A stretch of DNA of 64,000 nucleotides from an uncultured virus (IMG/VR IMGVR_UViG_3300008450_000021) (taxonomy: Duplodnaviria; Heunggongvirae; Uroviricota; Caudoviricetes), in the IMG/VR virus record IMGVR_UViG_3300008450_000021; one strand, given 5' to 3'. The notes under the pieces are model-generated. The model was not told the origin of the DNA, made no database searches, and saw only the letters and a program-made list of their open reading frames with translations. Shown piece after piece: positions 58,204-64,000 of the stretch (position 1 is its first letter; every line of letters starts with the position of its first letter). Made by a program: the position numbers and the translations under genes.

Positions 58204-59555
58204 GCCAATAAATATTCAGCAACATATATTCCATGCGCTCCTGATACTGTGATACCACGAGCTGATAAAGCATCACCAACAAAATGCACATTTGGATATT
58301 CAGTTAATGCTAAACTATTATAATCAACTAATGGTTCAGGACTTAAATATTTTACCTCGGGTATATACATGCCCCAGTCATCACCAAAGTTAAATACTTC
58401 ATTCATTTGTTCAATAAAGTTAGTTATATAAAATGCATACTTACCTAATACTTTATCAAAATCTTCTAAATCATCAGTTTGATATGCTGATACAACTGCG
58501 CCTTCTGATGTTATACCTGGCGTACGAGTTTTATTTGGTGAATAATATAATCCTTTACCATCAACTTGTAACTGTCCTACTACATGACGTGACCACTCAA
58601 ACGGATTTTCAATACCTTTAATTTCCATTAATATACCAAAATTAGTCATATCATTGCGATACTCTTCACCTTTTTTCGCATGACCATTGTAAGTAATATC
58701 ACCATAAGTTTCTTCAACAGCCACATAGGCAGCGTTATTGTTAGTACAAAAACTACGCAAAGATACGTTATCAAATTTTTGATATAGTTTAAAATCATAA
58801 GAGACATCAATTAATTTTTGGAAATATTTTTGTGGTGCTTCAAAACGAACACCTATTTGAACTGATTTGGGTTCAGTTGGTAATTTATAATCATTTGATA
58901 GCTGTTGAGCAAAGTCAATACCTGATTTACCTACAGCAAATATGAGAGTATCATATTCGATCTCAGTGTTAATATAAGGTCTAAAATTAGCCAATCCGCT
59001 TTCTTTTCCTAATTTATCAAATCTATCTACTATTGTATTATCGACAAATAATACTATTTGTTTATCAAAATCAATAGATGTAACTTCACAATTCCAACAA
59101 AATTTAACACCTTTATCTAACAAATATTGATACCATGCTTTAGCAATCTCGTGCAAGAAATTGGATCCTATGTGCCATACAGGAAACATTCTTAAACCAA
59201 AATATGGTTTAATAAATTCAGGTTCTTCCTGAGGATCAGACATGAATATTTCTTCTGGTTTAGGATGGAAACGAGTAAAATTATCTACTACTTGTTTCAT
59301 TAATTCCATTGCTTTGTCCTCACCACAATATTTTGATAATTGACCTCCAATTGCTGTGTGATAAGTAAGTTTACCATCTGACCACCCACCTGCTCCTAAC
59401 ATACCTGTCATTACCTCTTCAGGTAAACGATTATGTGGGTCGTTGCCTTTATCTATGATAGTGATTAATTCACCTGGGTATCCATTGTCTACTAATTTGG
59501 TAGCGGCATTTATACCTGCAACACCAGCACCTACGATTACTATTTTTTTATTCAT
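58200..59555 (-). CDS. FAD/NAD(P)-dependent oxidoreductase
   Basis: IVGAGVAG Rossmann motif, GAGGWSDGK, GVRFE, SFCTN, NGH, FVGD..RG motifs of the uncharacterised FAD-dependent dehydrogenase family. Confidence 0.85.
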   Translation of the reverse strand: MNKKIVIVGAGVAGINAATKLVDNGYPGELITIIDKGNDPHNRLPEEVMTGMLGAGGWSDGKLTYHTAIGGQLSKYCGEDKAMELMKQVVDNFTRFHPKPEEIFMSDPQEEPEFIKPYFGLRMFPVWHIGSNFLHEIAKAWYQYLLDKGVKFCWNCEVTSIDFDKQIVLFVDNTIVDRFDKLGKESGLANFRPYINTEIEYDTLIFAVGKSGIDFAQQLSNDYKLPTEPKSVQIGVRFEAPQKYFQKLIDVSYDFKLYQKFDNVSLRSFCTNNNAAYVAVEETYGDITYNGHAKKGEEYRNDMTNFGILMEIKGIENPFEWSRHVVGQLQVDGKGLYYSPNKTRTPGITSEGAVVSAYQTDDLEDFDKVLGKYAFYITNFIEQMNEVFNFGDDWGMYIPEVKYLSPEPLVDYNSLALTEYPNVHFVGDALSARGITVSGAHGIYVAEYLLA

Positions 59556-59597
59556 ACTTTATAAATTTAATATCTTTATTTTGACTTTCAAACTAAG

Positions 59598-59679
59598 GTG
59601 GCCCACCTTTTAGGGGTGGGCCACAGCTCCATAATTTTATCTCTTACGAGCGACCGGCTATGAATCGGTCTATAAATTA
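59598..59679 (-). ncRNA. putative small structured RNA or leader
   Basis: TAATTTATA motif followed by GACCG/CGGTC hairpin, GCTC/GAGC stem and 10-bp GTGGCCCACC/GGTGGGCCAC hairpin. Confidence 0.45.
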
Positions 59680-59686
59680 TTTATTT

Positions 59687-60058
59687 TTATATCATCTTTA
59701 TATTAGCTACAAATTCTTTTACGTAATTATCTATTTTATTTTTCTGTTTTTCGGCTTCTTCTTTAGTAAATAATGTTACTTTAATATCCCCCATAGGATG
59801 ATTAAATAAATCATTTTTAGTTTTATATTGAGCCGGGATACTACTCCCGTCTTTGTATGTACCTATAAAATATCGTCTAACTTTATCTCCATATATTTTA
59901 TCAACGTTTATATCGTTAATATTTACTTCTAAGTCTTTTAACTTATTTATAGTTTTTTCTACTTGTTGATATTTTTTAAGATCCTCTACAGGAATTAACT
60001 CAATGTAGTATTTTTTATTACTATCTATTTCTTGGATTATGTTTACTAACTTAATCAT
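59687..60058 (-). CDS. hypothetical protein with MIKLxxIIxE leader
   Basis: 123 aa; TAATG overlap with upstream gene. Confidence 0.65.
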   Translation of the reverse strand: MIKLVNIIQEIDSNKKYYIELIPVEDLKKYQQVEKTINKLKDLEVNINDINVDKIYGDKVRRYFIGTYKDGSSIPAQYKTKNDLFNHPMGDIKVTLFTKEEAEKQKNKIDNYVKEFVANIKMI

Positions 60059-60495
60059 TATTGTACATTATATTCGTTATTACCAATTTTTAGTTTAGTA
60101 ATAGTATTAACGTTTATCATTCTGTATCCACCTGTTTTTACATCATATACAGGAATTAATCCTTTTTCATCTGGATTGTAAGGTAATTCGCCACCTTTTA
60201 AATAAACTTTAACACCTAAACGAGCATTCATTACGCGAGTAGTACCATCTTTTTTAATAAAAGTTACAGTAAAAAACTTACCTTTAGTATCTTTAATTAA
60301 TTGTTTAGCTTGTTCTTTAGTAATAGACCCAGCTGGGGTTTCAGGAGTTTCAGCTTCTGATGGTGCTTCTTCTGGTGAAGGAACATTAGCTGGTTCTTGT
60401 CCCGGTCCTGGGGTAATAGGAGGTAAATCTTCTTGTTCTTTAAGATATTGAGATATAGTTTCTCTGATTAATTGGCGTAATACTTTGCTGTTCAT
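60058..60495 (-). CDS. SH3-like beta-barrel (WYL-like) protein with LRQLIRE leader
   Basis: Leader, Pro/Glu linker, then FFTVTFIKKDGTTRVM...VYD....YRMIN domain. Confidence 0.65.
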   Translation of the reverse strand: MNSKVLRQLIRETISQYLKEQEDLPPITPGPGQEPANVPSPEEAPSEAETPETPAGSITKEQAKQLIKDTKGKFFTVTFIKKDGTTRVMNARLGVKVYLKGGELPYNPDEKGLIPVYDVKTGGYRMINVNTITKLKIGNNEYNVQ

Positions 60496-60542
60496 TTTTA
60501 TTGTTTTTTACAAAGATAATAAAGGTACCTTGCCAATAAATA

Positions 60543-61280
60543 TTATAAAGCTATATTCTCAGCTGTTTTTTCAGATACAGTGTGATATCTACCGCATTTT
60601 TTACATTGCATTTGTACACGAATTGTTCCTAATGCTGACATTCTACGTTTAGAGAATGTCCATTTATTTGAACCGCATGTAGGGCAATCTGTTTTGTCTT
60701 CACTAACGCTACTTTTTTCAGGAAAATGTGGTGCTAATTTATTGTATACTTTTTCTAACAATTCAACATCACCTTTACAATATTCTACCATTTTTTCCAT
60801 GGCTTCTTTATCTTTATTTAAGACAATGTCTTTCCATAAATTAAAACCAGTGCTGATTTTAGCACCTAAACCTAAAAACTGAGCAATGTAATCTAATTTA
60901 TTGCTATTAAATTTAAATTTAGATCTGGCGTATTTTAACGTATCTATTGTAGTATATGACGGAAATAAAGAGATGCCATGATATAGGCATCTAGTTCTAA
61001 CCCACGGTAAATCGTATTTATCACCGTTATGTCCTACTAATTCATCAGCTTCATTAGCTATTTTAATGAATTTTTCTAGTAGACTTTTATCGTTTTGTTT
61101 AGCATCCCAAGTTAAAGAGTGTACTTCTTTTTCGTCAGCCCATTTGTAACAAATACAAATGATAGCTCTTTCTTTTATAATATTGTCGTGACCTATATTT
61201 AATCTATAACCTGCGGTCCAAAACAAACCAATGTTTGGGCTTGTTTCAATATCAAAAAAGAGTCTTTTTACTTTACTCAT
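60543..61280 (-). CDS. DnaQ/RNase H-like 3'-5' exonuclease with C-terminal zinc ribbon
   Basis: FDIET (ExoI), HNGDKYD (ExoII), YCKGDV (ExoIII); CPTC..CKKC. Confidence 0.85.
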   Translation of the reverse strand: MSKVKRLFFDIETSPNIGLFWTAGYRLNIGHDNIIKERAIICICYKWADEKEVHSLTWDAKQNDKSLLEKFIKIANEADELVGHNGDKYDLPWVRTRCLYHGISLFPSYTTIDTLKYARSKFKFNSNKLDYIAQFLGLGAKISTGFNLWKDIVLNKDKEAMEKMVEYCKGDVELLEKVYNKLAPHFPEKSSVSEDKTDCPTCGSNKWTFSKRRMSALGTIRVQMQCKKCGRYHTVSEKTAENIAL

Positions 61281-61326
61281 ATGATTTTTTTTAAAATATA
61301 AAACTTATTTTTTGCCTATCCAAATT

Positions 61327-61854
61327 TTAGGCAGCAGGAGTTTCCTCAGGTGCTGGCGTTTCTTCAGGGGTAGGTACTTCTGAAGGTGGGGCTTCAGGTG
61401 TTGGAGGAATACTTCCTGCTTCTAAATCAGCTTTAATATCAGTATTACGTTGTGATGCTAATTCTTCTGCTGACTCTTTAGGAGCATAATTTAGTTCAAG
61501 TAAATCTGCTATTGCTTGTGATGCTCTTTCAGATTCTCCTATGTTAATTGGATTATATTTTTTTCCAGATACTTTTACAACAAAATTATTTTTTCCTAAA
61601 TATATCATTGTAAAGTCTTGTCCATTAATTAACCCAATACCAAATGTAGTTGGTTTAGGAGCTATTAATGAAACATCTGCTATATATCGTCCAAAAGCAG
61701 GTGACATTAATTCTTCTAATGTTTTCTTCAAACCAGGAAAGCGATGTATTAAATACATTGCTTTTTCAGCTTGTTTTTGTTGCTGTTCTTCTTCCTTTAA
61801 AGCCATACGAACAGCTTTTTTAATATATTTTTCTAATAACAGAGTCTTATTCAT
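61327..61854 (-). CDS. hypothetical protein with Pro/Glu tail
   Basis: 175 aa; N-terminal [12 protein letters not shown]. Confidence 0.65.
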   Translation of the reverse strand: MNKTLLLEKYIKKAVRMALKEEEQQQKQAEKAMYLIHRFPGLKKTLEELMSPAFGRYIADVSLIAPKPTTFGIGLINGQDFTMIYLGKNNFVVKVSGKKYNPINIGESERASQAIADLLELNYAPKESAEELASQRNTDIKADLEAGSIPPTPEAPPSEVPTPEETPAPEETPAA

Positions 61855-62314
61855 CGTCTCTTAATTCATGAAAACCTTGAGCTGCTTGCTCAATATAGTT
61901 TTCAGCATTGGTAATATGATCTTGAATCCATCCTGGGATGTTACGTTCTACTGTTCCTATCTTTTGAGACAATTCCATAGCTGCTTTAGCAATAGCTTCT
62001 AAACTATTTTGAGCCATAGCAACTTCATGATCCATACCTTCTTTTTTAATATTTTTAGATATTGTCTTACGGCGATTTAAAAGATATTTATCTGTTTTAT
62101 CAACTTTACCGTCATTGTTTATATCTTTATCTTCTTTACCTACTGGGTCTAAAGCTTCTTCTTTTTTACCTTTACCCATGGCTTTAGCTGTAGCTATAGG
62201 ACCTGCTTTTTCAGGAGACATCCCTGAGTCAACTAAGGCATCGTAAATTTCTCCACGCTTTTTCTTTTGGCTAGGAGTCATTTTTTTCTCTAGTAAATCG
62301 ATTAATTTTATCAT
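61847..62314 (-). CDS. modular protein with MIKLIDLLE leader and EF-hand-like loop
   Basis: [14 protein letters not shown] is a DxNxDGxxD calcium-loop-like motif. Confidence 0.65.
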   Translation of the reverse strand: MIKLIDLLEKKMTPSQKKKRGEIYDALVDSGMSPEKAGPIATAKAMGKGKKEEALDPVGKEDKDINNDGKVDKTDKYLLNRRKTISKNIKKEGMDHEVAMAQNSLEAIAKAAMELSQKIGTVERNIPGWIQDHITNAENYIEQAAQGFHELRDDE

Positions 62315-62688
62315 TTTAAAAAGCGTAATTTATAGATGGTTGAATTAATAAGAGCAACAACTTCATCAATTTGATTTTGAATATATGAATCTTGGCAAAG
62401 CATTGTTCTACTTTTTTCAATATAAGAACAAAGTACAGTAAAATACATAATGATACCTTCACAGCTTTGATATTCTTGTAAAGCAACATTTGTATACCCA
62501 GTAACGATACCGTATTTACCTTGATATGATTCTACTATACCGTCAGTTATACCTACAATTTCATCATAATATTCATTTAATGCTTTATGAGCAGCAAATG
62601 AAGGTGTTTGTAGATGAAATACATGAGCCTGCGTACGAGACGCCATTAACGTAGAAACAAATTGACCCATTAATGCGTTATGTTCCAT
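62311..62688 (-). CDS. ferritin/Dps-like four-helix protein
   Basis: H.FH.QT.S.A.H.AL.EYY...D..VE..QG and TIYKL motifs resemble Dps ferroxidase-site spacing. Confidence 0.75.
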   Translation of the reverse strand: MEHNALMGQFVSTLMASRTQAHVFHLQTPSFAAHKALNEYYDEIVGITDGIVESYQGKYGIVTGYTNVALQEYQSCEGIIMYFTVLCSYIEKSRTMLCQDSYIQNQIDEVVALINSTIYKLRFLK

Positions 62689-62692
62689 TATT

Positions 62693-63376
62693 TTATTTTT
62701 TAACTACTTTTTTTAGTATAGCACCAGCTACTTTTTGACCTGCTTCTTTTGAACCGTATTTTTTAGCTGCTGATTTAGCTATTTTGGCAAATCCTTTACC
62801 AGGTTTACCTACGTCTTCACCTTTTTCAAAGCGAGCTTCTTCCATTTTTTTATCATCGCCTTTTGGTAGACCTTTTTTGTAACTTCTATATGCGCTACCT
62901 ATTGCTGCTCCTATTCCACCTACAGTTCCAGCAGCTGCTGCAATTTGTCCTATGAGTTCTCCTACTGAGATATTCATGGATTTGGCTAAATCTGTAAGAG
63001 GTCCCATAATTTCTGACGAGAGACCTTCGTTTATTTTTTTAGCTTCGTCTAATTCTTTTTTTTCAGATTTTTTAGGACCTTTAGAATTTTTATCCATTGT
63101 TTTTTTCTGGTCTTCTAGATCTTTTTTCTTAGTTTGTAATTCTTTAATACTAGCTTCCATATCATCCATCATATCACCTATAATTTCTGAGGAAACATAA
63201 TATTTTAAACCATCCATTGATGTTAATGCTGTTTTAACAGACATAGCATCTTTAATATCTTCGTCTACTTTTTTAATTTTAGCTTCCAAAGCAGCTATAT
63301 CACCAGCCTCGTCTATCATTTTGATACGGTCAGCAATTGCTTCTTTAATTAATTTCTTTAATTCGGATTGTTTCAT
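62693..63376 (-). CDS. modular coiled-coil protein with LKKLIKE leader
   Basis: 227 aa; C-terminal basic GFAKIAKSAAKKYGSKEAG.KVAGAI module. Confidence 0.65.
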   Translation of the reverse strand: MKQSELKKLIKEAIADRIKMIDEAGDIAALEAKIKKVDEDIKDAMSVKTALTSMDGLKYYVSSEIIGDMMDDMEASIKELQTKKKDLEDQKKTMDKNSKGPKKSEKKELDEAKKINEGLSSEIMGPLTDLAKSMNISVGELIGQIAAAAGTVGGIGAAIGSAYRSYKKGLPKGDDKKMEEARFEKGEDVGKPGKGFAKIAKSAAKKYGSKEAGQKVAGAILKKVVKK

Positions 63377-63399
63377 GGTATTGTTATTTTATATAAATA

Positions 63400-63999
63400 T
63401 TAACTATTTTTTATTTCTTCAATATGTTTTTTCAATTCGTCAACTCTATCAGGATTACGTTCGATATATTCATTGAATATATAATTGCGTATTTCTGTTA
63501 AATTACGTTGTCTTAATGCGGCTACCAAATTAGCAGGACTATCTAATTGAAATGCACCGTTTTGTGTTAATAACCAGTGGCTATTTCCTGGTTGGGCTAC
63601 TATAGATGCTACTAAATTGCCTGATTCTAATTGGATACCATATATGGCACTAGGGCCTACTATTCGTACATAATCAACGTGACCCAAATTACCTAATAGA
63701 TTATCGCGGCGTGATACTCCTCTATCTGTATTTAAATTTCCTCTAGTAGAATCACCGAAGAATTTAGCACGGATATTTACAGGTAATTGGTTAAATGAAT
63801 TTAATAAATTACTATTTTCTAAAGTAGTTTGTAAATCATCACTTATATTACCTTCAATTGGTCTATTAGCACCACCTGCTGGTCTTCCTCTTCTACCGGT
63901 TCCTGCTGCTGGTACTCGTTCACCTGCTCCTAATTGAGCTGGTGTTGGGCGAGGAGTAGTTGTTCTAGGAGCTCTAGCTTGTAATACTCTTCCTGTTTT
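63400..63999 (-). CDS. C-terminal part of a larger protein (runs off the window)
   Basis: Frame stays open from the window edge (KTGRVLQARAPRTTTPRPTP...GRRGRP...) to the stop at 63400; the track's 95-aa call is truncated. Confidence 0.75.
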   Translation of the reverse strand, partial: KTGRVLQARAPRTTTPRPTPAQLGAGERVPAAGTGRRGRPAGGANRPIEGNISDDLQTTLENSNLLNSFNQLPVNIRAKFFGDSTRGNLNTDRGVSRRDNLLGNLGHVDYVRIVGPSAIYGIQLESGNLVASIVAQPGNSHWLLTQNGAFQLDSPANLVAALRQRNLTEIRNYIFNEYIERNPDRVDELKKHIEEIKNS

Positions 64000-64000
64000 T

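Noticed and set aside
3057..63200. All plus-strand ORFs in the track (e.g. 3057..3353, 28675..29055, 43642..43998, 61541..61864)
   Set aside because: They overlap well-supported minus-strand genes antisense, mostly mirror their codon periodicity, and show no recognisable motifs.
824..63999. Stop-codon reassignment
   Set aside because: Core genes are full length under the standard code, TAG and TGA end genes at expected positions, and coding density is high.

Overview
A 64-kb, very AT-rich segment of a large T4-like (contractile-tail) phage genome. All credible genes are on the minus strand. Promoter architecture (TTTG-N19/20-TAnnTTTA/G) and the near-absence of Shine-Dalgarno sites point to a Bacteroidota host (inference). 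In transcription order (right to left): small proteins with shared leader motifs plus metabolic genes (Dps-like protein, DnaQ-like exonuclease, FAD oxidoreductase, GIY-YIG endonuclease, kinase); head module (terminase, portal, prohead protease, scaffold, major capsid protein); PhoH; neck, fibre, sheath, tube, chaperone, tape measure and baseplate genes; replication module (short family-A polymerase, SSB, RecA/UvsX, 5'-3' exonuclease, DnaB helicase, thioredoxin, class II RNR); a TGT/DpdA-like gene; and the start of a tRNA/ncRNA cluster. Main unexplained signals: (1) modular candidate capsid-targeting peptides shared between the scaffold and many small proteins, with L/I-x-E protease-like sites; (2) an [ST]-[GAS]-S motif concentrated in exterior virion proteins, a candidate modification sequon; (3) two 143-nt tRNA mimics with identical acceptor stems and replaced anticodon arms; (4) structured RNA leaders and a +1 frameshift tail-chaperone extension missing from the ORF track; (5) an ALK/LTK-like glycine-rich virion protein. 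All functional calls rest on motif recognition by eye; no database searches were run.
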